The translations under genes and the position numbers were made by a program. From Candidatus Latescibacterota bacterium (GTDB lineage: Bacteria; Krumholzibacteriota; Krumholzibacteriia; WVZY01): a stretch of 64,000 nt of DNA. The stretch spans positions 1 through 64,000 of the forward strand of contig CAWBQK010000010.1 in assembly GCA_963791045.1 (NCBI GenBank), given 5' to 3'. Positions within the stretch are counted from its first letter, which is position 1. Each line of letters opens with the position of its first letter. The notes beneath the pieces are model-generated. The model made no database searches. It was given only the letters and a program-made list of their open reading frames with translations, and had not been told where the DNA came from. This document shows, in pieces, positions 20,764-30,263 of the stretch.

Positions 20764-22323
20764 TCACCGCCTGAACTCGCCCCCCAGATAGACCCTTCGC
20801 CCCGAACCCGACGACCCGTGAAAGAAGACAAGCGTCGCGCCACCCCCGATTTTGAAACGAATCCTGAGCGACAAATCGGACCCGTCGCCGTAAAGCCCGG
20901 AGAAAAGCTCAAAAGATCCAACACCGGGTCGCGTTATATACACCGCCCGCCCGGGCGGCAGGGAGTGCCCGACCGCCTGAACCCGCGCGTCGACACGAGG
21001 CGAGGCGAAGCCGATGGCGAGAAGGAGGGCCGTTCCCTTTTCGATCCCGAACGTGGGTGGCAGATAGTCGAGGCGCACCTGGCACCAGGGGCCCGCACGT
21101 GTCCCGGCGCGGAACTTTCCCCGAAACCGAAGATCGCCCGTCCGTTCACTCGCGTGACTCGAGGCGACCGACCCCGTGGGGAATCTGGTTTCGGTTTGAA
21201 ATCGGTTGTAGACCGAAAGCTCCCAGGAGATGGGCCCGCTTCCACGATTCCGAAATCCGGCGAGCAAGCGCCGGTAAGAAATCCGCTTCTCGCACGACCA
21301 CAAACGGCCGGAAAGCGCCGAACCAAAAACCCTAAATTGGCGAGCCACATTCATTACCCCGTCGAATCTCGTTCCCTGATGGCTCTTCGTCATTTCTCGA
21401 ATATCCGACAGCAGATCCGACGACATCCATGGCGCGCGAAACAATAATATCTCCCAACGCCATCCGTTCGATCGGCTCCGCCCCCGAACGCGAAATGCAT
21501 AAAAAGCCCTCCCCGACGGCGTCACCACAACCTCGCCGGCGCCGCCTGTAAGCCGTCCCCGGCTCGCGGAGTGAAGGGACAACACCCAGCGGCGTCCATC
21601 CGCTCGATCGTCTTCGGAGACGAGTGACGCACCGAGCGCCGCCCCAAACGAGTAGCGTTTATCACGCATCGCCACGTCGAACCATGCGGCCGATGGATCA
21701 GCCGTCTCGATTTCGCCGGCGGGACGGACCAGCGTCGTCCGGCACGTCCAACGCGACCGGCCGATCTCAAGCGCCGCACCTGTCCTCCCCGACCACCGGG
21801 AAAGCGAGGGGGACACGGCCATTCCATCCGCGACCGAACCGCCACTCGATGTCGAATACAACCCGAATCGGCGCCCGACGATGAGACGTTGCCCCATCCG
21901 CACGCTGAGACGGCCCACGTGCAAACGGCGTATCAACCCGCTGCCGGCGAGAGCAACGTACCCGATGCGGCCGAACTCTCCGGCCCTCACTCCGGCGGTG
22001 ACATTCCGCCCCCATCCCACATAGCTTTTGAACTCTGAACGGCTTCCTGTAACACCTCCGATCATGCAATCAAAATTGTCCAATCTCGAACCAACGCTCG
22101 TCGCATCGGTCTCTCCCGCAACGGCGAGATCCGAAGCAATATCGGTCAGTTCCGCTTCCCCGCTTCCAACCGTCGATCCCGCATCAAGCAGATCCGTTTC
22201 CACGATAACCATGGAATCAGCCAGCATGCCGGCGCCGCCGGGGGAACGCCGGGAATTCTTTTCGACGACTGGGGACGAACACGAGGCCAGAATACACAAC
22301 ACCACCACACACCCAACCCTCAT
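20764..22323 (-). CDS. Hypothetical envelope protein: lipoprotein-type signal and beta-strand-rich, Arg-rich body (possible outer-membrane barrel)
   Basis: 'MRVGCVVVLCILASC' lipobox, alternating hydrophobic pattern, and C-terminal 'YLGGEFRR'. Confidence 0.5.
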   Translation of the reverse strand: MRVGCVVVLCILASCSSPVVEKNSRRSPGGAGMLADSMVIVETDLLDAGSTVGSGEAELTDIASDLAVAGETDATSVGSRLDNFDCMIGGVTGSRSEFKSYVGWGRNVTAGVRAGEFGRIGYVALAGSGLIRRLHVGRLSVRMGQRLIVGRRFGLYSTSSGGSVADGMAVSPSLSRWSGRTGAALEIGRSRWTCRTTLVRPAGEIETADPSAAWFDVAMRDKRYSFGAALGASLVSEDDRADGRRWVLSLHSASRGRLTGGAGEVVVTPSGRAFYAFRVRGRSRSNGWRWEILLFRAPWMSSDLLSDIREMTKSHQGTRFDGVMNVARQFRVFGSALSGRLWSCEKRISYRRLLAGFRNRGSGPISWELSVYNRFQTETRFPTGSVASSHASERTGDLRFRGKFRAGTRAGPWCQVRLDYLPPTFGIEKGTALLLAIGFASPRVDARVQAVGHSLPPGRAVYITRPGVGSFELFSGLYGDGSDLSLRIRFKIGGGATLVFFHGSSGSGRRVYLGGEFRR

Positions 22324-22328
22324 CACAT

Positions 22329-23123
22329 CTATCGCCTCCAGGAAACAAACACCGCCTTGGAAACGCCGAGTACGGAGTGGGCCCCCGCACCGACGTGGAC
22401 ACCCACCGAACGCACGCACACCGAAACCGAGCCTTTCAACATACCGGCGCCCTCGTCATATCCCGCAGCGGCGGATACCGCATGAGAGAACCGGATTCGC
22501 GCGCCAAAACCGGCACAGGGGACACCGTGGCGCGTAAGCGCGAGACCGGCCAGGGCACTGACCACCGCCCCAGGAAATAAAACCACCGCCGCCGATACGT
22601 CGGCGCCCGGATCGGGGTCACCGGCAATCCGAACCCGGTCGATCGTCGAGATCAGCCGGACCGTCTCTGAGAGTTCGACAACCGCCGACGCGGCGGCAAA
22701 AAACACACCGGCCGTTTCGAAACCGTCCAGGGCGGCAACATCCGCTCCCAAACCCGTCGCGACGCGGACCCTCCGCGAACCCAGGTACATGAGCGATGCG
22801 AAGTACCGGCTCTCCGCGCCAATTGGCGACGAGACAATAAGAGAAGACACAACGAGACCGAATCGAGCGCTGCGAACACCCACCTCGGCGCCGTTCGAAA
22901 CCAGATCATCGAGATCGAACAATCGCCGCTGCCCCGCTTCGACCCACCACCGCTCTCGCGGCGGATCGGGGTCGAGAAAGACCAGTGCATGCGTCGAGCT
23001 GTCGAGACCGAGAGCCGCCGCTTCGGGGCTTCGGAACCCGGAGCCGCCGGCTGCCCGGGCGGCCACCGCCAAAAACATACCGGCGGCGCACAATACGATC
23101 GACAGCGCCAGTACTCCACACAC
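22329..23123 (-). CDS. Divergent PorV/PorP-like small beta-barrel
   Basis: Signal peptide, 'SPEAAALG' plug-like motif, 'RLFDLDDL', amphipathic strands, and a C-terminal 'HSVLGVSKAVFVSW' resembling the 'HDMLGLSYLFSVG' end of 51961-52869. Start is approximate. Confidence 0.55.
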   Translation of the reverse strand: MCGVLALSIVLCAAGMFLAVAARAAGGSGFRSPEAAALGLDSSTHALVFLDPDPPRERWWVEAGQRRLFDLDDLVSNGAEVGVRSARFGLVVSSLIVSSPIGAESRYFASLMYLGSRRVRVATGLGADVAALDGFETAGVFFAAASAVVELSETVRLISTIDRVRIAGDPDPGADVSAAVVLFPGAVVSALAGLALTRHGVPCAGFGARIRFSHAVSAAAGYDEGAGMLKGSVSVCVRSVGVHVGAGAHSVLGVSKAVFVSWRR

Positions 23124-23142
23124 AATTCTCGAACGAATGACA

Positions 23143-24816
23143 CTATTGTTTCCTGCGCGCACACCCAACCACCACCTTTTCCACCCATCGAACACCGTCC
23201 GAATTCGTGTAAAATTCACATGCCAAAACGTACAAACCCGCCCGCGCGAGATTGCCGCCCGAATCGCGACCATCCCACATAAACACGGCGGGAAACGCCG
23301 TCGTCGAACCCATATCGGCAACCCGCCCACCTTCGATGTCGAAGATGCTCGCAACCACACGCACACCGGCACCGGCGTCGGGAACCGTAACGACCATGAC
23401 CTCACCCGTGTAAGGATCAAATGGGTTGGGTACCGCCGTCACGGCACTTCCCTGAGGCGGAACCGCTATCGACCCGTTCGAGATCGAACCAGGGGATGCC
23501 CCACCCGGCGCACGTGACAACGCCCACACGTGGTCGCGTGTTCCCGGAAACACGTCGACCCGCTCGAGGCTCTTGCCTTTTGTGCCCGTGGGTTGCGGCG
23601 GGTATGACACACGATCCAGTGGAATTGACCACCGGTCGGCGACGATCACCGAATCGGCGAATGACCCGGAACCGGTCGCGTTAAGCGACGGCCACGGACC
23701 TTCCATCTCGATCACCGCATTCTCAGCCAGGCCGGGAAAACACTCGAGAAGCGCTTCAGCGTCCGGCGTCACGACGATACAGCCGAACGCAGGGATATCC
23801 ACCGAACGTAATGAAATCAACTCGAAGTCATGCGCGGCGTCCCGCGCTCGGCTGCCGGACAGCCCGTGCGCCGCGCCACCGTTGTTGAAAAGTTCGATAA
23901 ACTCGGGACACGAGCCCCCCGGGTCGCACATCACTTCGCTGATCACAACCGGTGACACACCCACCCGGCGGACCAACGTCGCCGTATCGTTGGCTCCGCG
24001 TTCGTCCAACGCGCAGACAACACGAACCCTGACCCAGTGGTACCCCACCGTCATCGTGACATCAAAATCGACCGATACGCTCTCACCGGGTGCGAGCATT
24101 TGCGAGAGTTCAACCGACTGCTCGTCAACCATACCAACGTCCGTTGAATCCGAAAGCGTAACCACACCCTGCTCCATCACCACCGTCCCCAGATTCCGCA
24201 CGCAAAAAACCATGTGTTCGACAAACGAGGACTCGAGCACGTCCACCACCTTGGTTTTTTCTGGGGTCAGTTCGAGATCGTGTCTCGGGATATTGAAAGC
24301 GCCGGGCGAAGGCGCCAATACGGCGAAGTCCACACTGTTGTCATCCGTGTCGGCGCCGTCGGGGCGGCGGCAGAGGCTGAAGCCTGAGTCCACGTCGGGC
24401 GCGGGGCTCGTTTCGAAGAACCCGATTCCTTCGAGGTCTCCGTACCCGAGAACGTCGACAACGGCACCCTCGAAGGTCAGCCGTACCGCGTCGGGTCCGT
24501 TCTGCAACCCGAGTTCCTCGTAAAAATCCGGGGCGGGCGTGACGTGCTCGCCTCCGACAACGAAGAGCCCATCCGGCGGGATCGTCCGGCCGGACGCACC
24601 CCGCCAGACAACGGACCACCCGGGTGACGATCCATCGTGAAACTCGAGCGCGTACCCGCCGAGATCCATGGGCTCACCGGTCAAATTGATCAGTTCGATG
24701 AACTCGTAGCCCTCGTCACGACCGGAATGGTCGTAATAAACCTCGTTCAGGAGAACACGGCCCGATAACAAAGAAGGAATACAAAGGAGAAGAATAGCGA
24801 AGAAATACCACCGCAC
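23143..24816 (-). CDS. Secreted lamin-tail-domain (2x LTD) protein with CARDB-like Ig and FlgD-Ig/T9SS-like C-terminal domain
   Basis: 'LLNEVYYD...EFIELIN', 'VISEVMCDP...EFIELFN', 'SLER', and C-terminal 'PNPFDP...IFDIEG...WDGRD..G....GLY'. Confidence 0.8.
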   Translation of the reverse strand: MRWYFFAILLLCIPSLLSGRVLLNEVYYDHSGRDEGYEFIELINLTGEPMDLGGYALEFHDGSSPGWSVVWRGASGRTIPPDGLFVVGGEHVTPAPDFYEELGLQNGPDAVRLTFEGAVVDVLGYGDLEGIGFFETSPAPDVDSGFSLCRRPDGADTDDNSVDFAVLAPSPGAFNIPRHDLELTPEKTKVVDVLESSFVEHMVFCVRNLGTVVMEQGVVTLSDSTDVGMVDEQSVELSQMLAPGESVSVDFDVTMTVGYHWVRVRVVCALDERGANDTATLVRRVGVSPVVISEVMCDPGGSCPEFIELFNNGGAAHGLSGSRARDAAHDFELISLRSVDIPAFGCIVVTPDAEALLECFPGLAENAVIEMEGPWPSLNATGSGSFADSVIVADRWSIPLDRVSYPPQPTGTKGKSLERVDVFPGTRDHVWALSRAPGGASPGSISNGSIAVPPQGSAVTAVPNPFDPYTGEVMVVTVPDAGAGVRVVASIFDIEGGRVADMGSTTAFPAVFMWDGRDSGGNLARAGLYVLACEFYTNSDGVRWVEKVVVGCARRKQ

Positions 24817-24870
24817 ACACACCACCTCCCAAAAGGACACAACCACACACTCCACCCTACCGGCGATTTA

Positions 24871-27036
24871 TCAGATCATCCCAACCCTCTTTCTAATAAT
24901 CCACTCGATACTCAAAAGCACCAGGATCGAGACAAATACGATCACGCTCGTGCGGAGTGACATTTCGGATGTCACATCGGTCACACGTGGCTCCAGAGAA
25001 ATTCGCGCATGCAACCGTTCGGCGCCCGCGGCATCAACATACATGCCGCCCGATTTTCTCGCGATCGAGGCGAGGTTGTTCCGGTCCTGATCGACCCGTT
25101 GAAACTCGACCGATACCTCCGATACGGAAACATCAATCGGCTGCGATACAATGGTCCGACCCGGCAGGTCCGCCTCTCCCCGCAGCCGATAACGTCCCGC
25201 GGGAAGCGGAGGCAGCGATACTCTGAACCGCGGGTTGTCCGACCCTTCGCGCCTCATCGAGTAGATATCGAGCGGGACCTCTCCATTTCCACCCACCCTG
25301 GAAACTTCCACGCGAACCGGCGCGCCTGTGACGGGCTGCATTTTCTCGTTAAAAATCTCGGCGGTCAAAATCGCCGTTTCGCCCGAGTCGTAAACATTCT
25401 TTTTTGATTTCAGTACGAATCGTTCGGTCTCGCCACCGCGAGCAAGGAAGTCGAGCATTCGCGACATCAGGTCATCGTAAACCGAACCATCCTCGGCAAG
25501 AAAACCCCAGCGCCAGATGGGGCCCGCGGCGATCAAAGCGACGCGTCCACCACCCGTGTCGAAAGACACCATGGCCGGAGCGCGCGTCCCCTCTGTTTCG
25601 AGAAGGATCTCTGCGCCGGGCTTTGGCGTAACCGGGGAGTAGTGGCCAAGAAGCGGACTCCGTTGCTGCCAATCCGTCTGGCTGAGGCGTGGGACGAGCC
25701 GCGTCGTCATCGGGTTTGACATCGCCTGGGGCCCCGGTCTTACGATCGTGTACTGGTTCTGAAAACGAAGCGGTGGGTTTGCGCGGACGGGAAGAATGTC
25801 GCTAAGGCGGTTCCACGCATCGGGTCTTTCAAAGAGCGATCCCGATCCCGGAAGAACAAGAAGACCCTTTCCCTCGGTTCGAACAAACCTCTTCATCGCT
25901 TCCGCCCTCGGGTCGTTTATAAAACCGCGTTCCACCGAAATTAGCACGAGCGCGTCGTACTCGCGTAATCGTCGAACAAAATCTCCCGGCGCAACAATTC
26001 TTGCGTCATCCAGCGACGGGTGCTGGGCAACGACCGAGACCAGATCAAAATCGAAGGTTTGATCCTTGCGGAGAAATCCCGAGAGAAACCGCAGCTCCCA
26101 CGCCGGCCTTTGATCAACGACGAGAACGTTGACACCTGCTTTCTCACCTTCGATTACGATTTCGCGTCTGTTATTCTCCGGCTCGGCATCGTACCCGCGC
26201 ACATCCACATCGAGCACAAAATTTCGGCGGCCTTCCTCCCGAAAATCGACTCCAATTTCCTGTGTGATTTCCTCACCCGGTCCCACGATCAACGTGTCCT
26301 TCTCAAAAACGACACGACCGTTTTCCATCAGTCTCATACGGATTTGTTTCGCCCCACCGCCGCCACCCGTATAGTCGACGGTGGCGCGGATCAAGCTCTG
26401 CGACGGCACGCGAACCACACTGTTGTAATCAACATCCTTAATGCGAACATCCTCGGGCGCGACCGTGTCACCCACACCGACCGTGTAAACGGGAACGCCC
26501 GGCACCGCTTGTCGGATCAACCGCTCCTCGGTGTCGACACCATCGGACACAACAACCATCCCGGTGAGGTTTCGACCTTCGAACCGTTTGAACGCTTCGG
26601 CGAGCGCGGCCCGTATGTCGGTTCCCTGTCCACCCGGGTCGAGCGAATCCACGGCGGTCGTAAGATCCGCACCCGAAAAATAAAACTCGCTGTACACGCC
26701 GTTATTGTCCTCGACGTTTTGTTTCAATCGCCGTGCAAGAGAGAGCGCCGCGTCAAACCTGTCCTGGGCGCCGCCGCTCGCGGCCGGAAGCGACATACTC
26801 GCCGAGCGATCGACAAGCACCGCGATCTCGGCCGACTCGCTCTTCTTTGCGCGCAGGACGTACCGCGGATCCATCAGCAAGAAGACTATCAAAAGAAATG
26901 AAAGCACGCGCAGGCCCGTCAAAAACACCCTGAGCCGGGGCGATACCGGGGGCGTGGTGCGCCGATAGGCCAGGAATGACACCGTCAATAAGACCAGTGC
27001 GATCACAATAGTTAGAAAACTGATATTGAATGCCAT
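24871..27036 (-). CDS. Membrane-anchored vWA + Ig + class I GATase-like domain protein
   Basis: Two N-terminal TM helices, MIDAS 'DRSASM..GTD..SDG', 'ENN', 'WRWGF', and C-terminal TM 'LLSIEWIIRKRVG'. Confidence 0.8.
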   Translation of the reverse strand: MAFNISFLTIVIALVLLTVSFLAYRRTTPPVSPRLRVFLTGLRVLSFLLIVFLLMDPRYVLRAKKSESAEIAVLVDRSASMSLPAASGGAQDRFDAALSLARRLKQNVEDNNGVYSEFYFSGADLTTAVDSLDPGGQGTDIRAALAEAFKRFEGRNLTGMVVVSDGVDTEERLIRQAVPGVPVYTVGVGDTVAPEDVRIKDVDYNSVVRVPSQSLIRATVDYTGGGGGAKQIRMRLMENGRVVFEKDTLIVGPGEEITQEIGVDFREEGRRNFVLDVDVRGYDAEPENNRREIVIEGEKAGVNVLVVDQRPAWELRFLSGFLRKDQTFDFDLVSVVAQHPSLDDARIVAPGDFVRRLREYDALVLISVERGFINDPRAEAMKRFVRTEGKGLLVLPGSGSLFERPDAWNRLSDILPVRANPPLRFQNQYTIVRPGPQAMSNPMTTRLVPRLSQTDWQQRSPLLGHYSPVTPKPGAEILLETEGTRAPAMVSFDTGGGRVALIAAGPIWRWGFLAEDGSVYDDLMSRMLDFLARGGETERFVLKSKKNVYDSGETAILTAEIFNEKMQPVTGAPVRVEVSRVGGNGEVPLDIYSMRREGSDNPRFRVSLPPLPAGRYRLRGEADLPGRTIVSQPIDVSVSEVSVEFQRVDQDRNNLASIARKSGGMYVDAAGAERLHARISLEPRVTDVTSEMSLRTSVIVFVSILVLLSIEWIIRKRVGMI

Positions 27037-27226
27037 TGTCAAAGACGGCCGTTCGAGGCCGCGGGGGGAGGAAATTCAAACAATTCCAGTCCGTGTGTAC
27101 GGCATTCGCGAATACCGTAACGGACACACTCCGGTATACACCGGAATAACCTATATTGTTACAATATAGGGTTCATTGAGACGCGGGTTAAGGGCAAAAT
27201 ACGCAGATTGCGCCCGGCAGGGAGCT

Positions 27227-27589
27227 TTACTTTGCGAAAGCGTCCACGGCCTCATCGATTGACGGATAGGCCTCGAGAATGGACTGAAACTCCAGCAGCT
27301 GGAAAACCTCGAACACGTCTCCAACCATCCCCGCCAGCTTGAGGTCTCCACCGTTATTCCGGATCTTCTTAATTTCTCCGATAAATATACCCCAACCGGC
27401 CGAACTGATATATGTGACCCCGGACAGGTCGACGACGATCTTGAAAGTCGTCTTCTCAAGCAGCCCGTAAAGAGCCGCTTCCAGTTCGCTCGCGGTCGTC
27501 GTATCGAGATAACCACTTACTTTTAATATATTTACGTCGTTTCGCCCTTTGGCGGATGTAACGCTGACAACAATTCCATGCACCGTCAT
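27227..27589 (-). CDS. STAS-domain anti-sigma-factor antagonist
   Basis: 'GYLDTTT', 'IVVDLSGVTYISSAGWG', 'GGDLKL' and 'EVFQLLEF'. Confidence 0.92.
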   Translation of the reverse strand: MTVHGIVVSVTSAKGRNDVNILKVSGYLDTTTASELEAALYGLLEKTTFKIVVDLSGVTYISSAGWGIFIGEIKKIRNNGGDLKLAGMVGDVFEVFQLLEFQSILEAYPSIDEAVDAFAK

Positions 27590-27640
27590 AAATCAAACCC
27601 CTCCATTCGCCTTCGCAGCGGCGAACGTCTTGACTTTCAC

Positions 27641-28024
27641 CTAACCTTCTTCTGTTTTAGCACCTGCAGCGGACTGAAAGTCCCGCACCGCCTCCCCTTT
27701 ATCGCTATATGGCTTGAGGATGTTGTTGAACTCGAGCAAATCAAAAACTTCCCGGACCGGCGCCGTCATCGACGCGAGCTTGATATCGCCCGCATTGCGC
27801 CTGACCTTCTTGATTTCACTTATAAATATACCCCAACCTGCTGAGCTAATATAAGTTACGCCCGTCAGATCTACGACGATGCGGAAGCACGAATCCTCGA
27901 TAATCCGATTGATGGCTTCCTCGAGAGTTGACGCGTTCGTCGTCTCGATCGTCCCTTTGAGACTGAGCAATGTCAAAGGCAGAGGCGAAGTTAGCCTCTC
28001 CTCTGAAATTATCAACTTTTCCAT
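27641..28024 (-). CDS. STAS-domain anti-sigma-factor antagonist
   Basis: 'IVVDLTGVTYISSAGWG', 'GDIKL' and 'EVFDLLEF'. Confidence 0.92.
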   Translation of the reverse strand: MEKLIISEERLTSPLPLTLLSLKGTIETTNASTLEEAINRIIEDSCFRIVVDLTGVTYISSAGWGIFISEIKKVRRNAGDIKLASMTAPVREVFDLLEFNNILKPYSDKGEAVRDFQSAAGAKTEEG

Positions 28025-28058
28025 AAGATCCCCTTCTCGCTGCACTTCGATGCAAAAT

Positions 28059-29177
28059 TTAGTCCAAGAGCGCTTTCAGCAAGAGATGTATCCCCTGGCC
28101 GTCATTGACGGCAAGTTTAAGGTTTTTCTCCGCTTTTTTAAAGTTTTTGTTTATTGTAAGCGACTTATGGAACGAGTCCTTTGCTTTGTCAATATATAGT
28201 TTGCACTTCGCGGTGTAAAGCACGCCGAGATCGTTCTGCAGATCGGCGTAACCCGGATTGGCCTCCAGCGCTCTATGCGCACGCTCGACGTAACGATCTA
28301 TTTCATCTTCGGTTAGATTCTCAGAGTTGAACTTGAGAATCAAGTAGAGATCGAGCGAGAGATGGTTTTGCGACAGCCGCGATGCATCATCCTGGATCCC
28401 GGTCAAGAGCTCGTAAGCCTGATCGTACCGTTCGTTGTCGACCGCTTTGAACGCCTCCCGGAACTGCTCGGTATCAAGCGACGGCCGCAATTCGAGACAC
28501 TTACTCAATACACCTTTTAAGCGTTCCCTGAGACCCCGCGACAACTCGAATTCCTGCTTCTCCACTACATTGAGGCAAAGCGCGATCGCAAGATTGAGAT
28601 GTGCCTCGTGGTAATACTTGTTCAGTTCCACCGCACTCTCGAAAACACGCACGGCATCTTTGCACCTTTTGAGCCGCAAATAGGCACAACCAAGATCGTT
28701 GTGGAGGTCGGGGTAACTTGGAGAAAGCTCGAGACCTTTCTGGAACGACTTTATCGCCTTTTCGTATTCGCCAAGTGCAATGAGCGCGTTTCCCAAAATC
28801 GAGAATGCCTTCGATTGTTCGACGCCGAGTTTGACCGCCCTGACAACCTCCGCCATCGCCTCCCTGTACAGGCTCTGGTAGAAAAGCGCCTCACCGAGTT
28901 TGAGGTGCGATTTCCCGTCCTCGTTTTGTTGAAGCTTGGCTTTGATCTCGAGCAGTGAATTGATCCGGCTTTTTTTCTCTTCGTGATACGCTCTCACAAG
29001 GGACCGCGCCGTGTCGATCGGAAGCGACGTATCGAAACCTTCGACCTGCTTTGACAGCAGACTTCCTTCGTGAAACACCGATGTCACGATGGTCTTCTGA
29101 GCGGGGACAAGGTTTGTCTGTATGAAATACCTGTGTCCCTCGGCGACTATTTCGCTTCGGAGATCGTAATTTTCCAT
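28059..29177 (-). CDS. Cytoplasmic TPR protein with a small N-terminal alpha/beta domain
   Basis: Repeats such as 'LELSPSYPDLHNDLG' and 'LEANPGYADLQNDLG'. No signal peptide. Confidence 0.85.
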   Translation of the reverse strand: MENYDLRSEIVAEGHRYFIQTNLVPAQKTIVTSVFHEGSLLSKQVEGFDTSLPIDTARSLVRAYHEEKKSRINSLLEIKAKLQQNEDGKSHLKLGEALFYQSLYREAMAEVVRAVKLGVEQSKAFSILGNALIALGEYEKAIKSFQKGLELSPSYPDLHNDLGCAYLRLKRCKDAVRVFESAVELNKYYHEAHLNLAIALCLNVVEKQEFELSRGLRERLKGVLSKCLELRPSLDTEQFREAFKAVDNERYDQAYELLTGIQDDASRLSQNHLSLDLYLILKFNSENLTEDEIDRYVERAHRALEANPGYADLQNDLGVLYTAKCKLYIDKAKDSFHKSLTINKNFKKAEKNLKLAVNDGQGIHLLLKALLD

Positions 29178-29257
29178 GATTTCAGTCGTGTGTACCTTTT
29201 AGAGCGAATCCGACACTGCCAGGAATCAAATTCTAACCGATTCTCGCGATCAACCGT

Positions 29258-29533
29258 TCAAAAATCTTCGGCGTCCAAAAGAGATATCGCAACCCGAATC
29301 AGTGTATTGCGGGTCAGTCGTCCCCGATCCATCTTCTCAAGCTCCGCCTGCACGGCGTCTAAGTGCTTTATATCAGAAGGGGTTAGGGACACACTGACCA
29401 CGATCTCTTCCTGCTTGCGCTCCGGTTTCGAGCGCTTGCCGCCAAGGATCTTTTTCAAAGACCCCGACGCGCCTTTTTGTTTCGCGCCGCCGAAGACATC
29501 CTGTCCAAGTGATTGTTTGCGTTTAGGACGCAC
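29258..29533 (-). CDS. Small basic ParA partner, probable ribbon-helix-helix protein
   Basis: Overlaps the parA stop. Basic N-terminus 'KRKQSLG' and C-terminal 'VSVSLTPSDIKHLD...TRNTLIRVAI'. Confidence 0.6.
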   Translation of the reverse strand: MRPKRKQSLGQDVFGGAKQKGASGSLKKILGGKRSKPERKQEEIVVSVSLTPSDIKHLDAVQAELEKMDRGRLTRNTLIRVAISLLDAEDF

Positions 29534-30263
29534 GGCGCAAGAACTCCTCGGTCAATTGATAGTAGTCAAACGCGCCACGAGAGAGCGGCGAGTATTCAAA
29601 AATTGTACGGTTGAAACTGGGCGCTTCTCGCAACGACGTGTTGATCCGGATCACCGTATCGAACACGCGGTCGCTGAAATGTTTTCTCAGATTGTCCAGA
29701 ACTTCGCTCGACAACTTTGTGCGGCCGTCGAAAAACGTCGGGAGGATTCCGAGCACCCGCGTTTTGGTCGGCGAATAATCGTTGATCTCGTCAATGATCT
29801 CGAGTGTCTGTCGTGCACCCTCCTGCGCGAGATAATCCATACTCACTGGGATAATCACTTCATCTACATATGTAAGCGCATTGATGTTAATCAGGTTTAT
29901 CGTCGGCGAGCAGTCACAGAGCACGTAGTCGCAGCCATCGAGGTGTTCGAGCGCGAGGGTAAGACGCGATTCACGGTGCCGCTTTGAAGCAAGCATCATT
30001 TCGGTCTCGGCGAGATCGCGCCCTCCCGAGTCCACGACATACAGATTCTTGCGAACCTGGAGAATCTCGACCTCACCCGTTTGCAAGAGATCGCAAAGAG
30101 TCTTGCGCCCCCTCACGTCAAATGTCACCGCGACATTCCGCTGGGCGTCGCAATCGATCACCAACACTCTTTTCCCGCTTAGGGCGAGACCATGGGCGAG
30201 GTTAACCGCGGTAGTCGTCTTTCCAGTACCACCCTTCGAGGTGATAATGCCTATCTTTCTCAT
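29523..30263 (-). CDS. parA: ParA/Soj family ATPase (orphan, no parB)
   Basis: Deviant Walker A 'KGGTGKTT', 'IDCDAQRN', 'DCSP', 'DGRTKLS' and 'IRIN..LREAPS'. Confidence 0.9.
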   Translation of the reverse strand: MRKIGIITSKGGTGKTTTAVNLAHGLALSGKRVLVIDCDAQRNVAVTFDVRGRKTLCDLLQTGEVEILQVRKNLYVVDSGGRDLAETEMMLASKRHRESRLTLALEHLDGCDYVLCDCSPTINLININALTYVDEVIIPVSMDYLAQEGARQTLEIIDEINDYSPTKTRVLGILPTFFDGRTKLSSEVLDNLRKHFSDRVFDTVIRINTSLREAPSFNRTIFEYSPLSRGAFDYYQLTEEFLRRAS

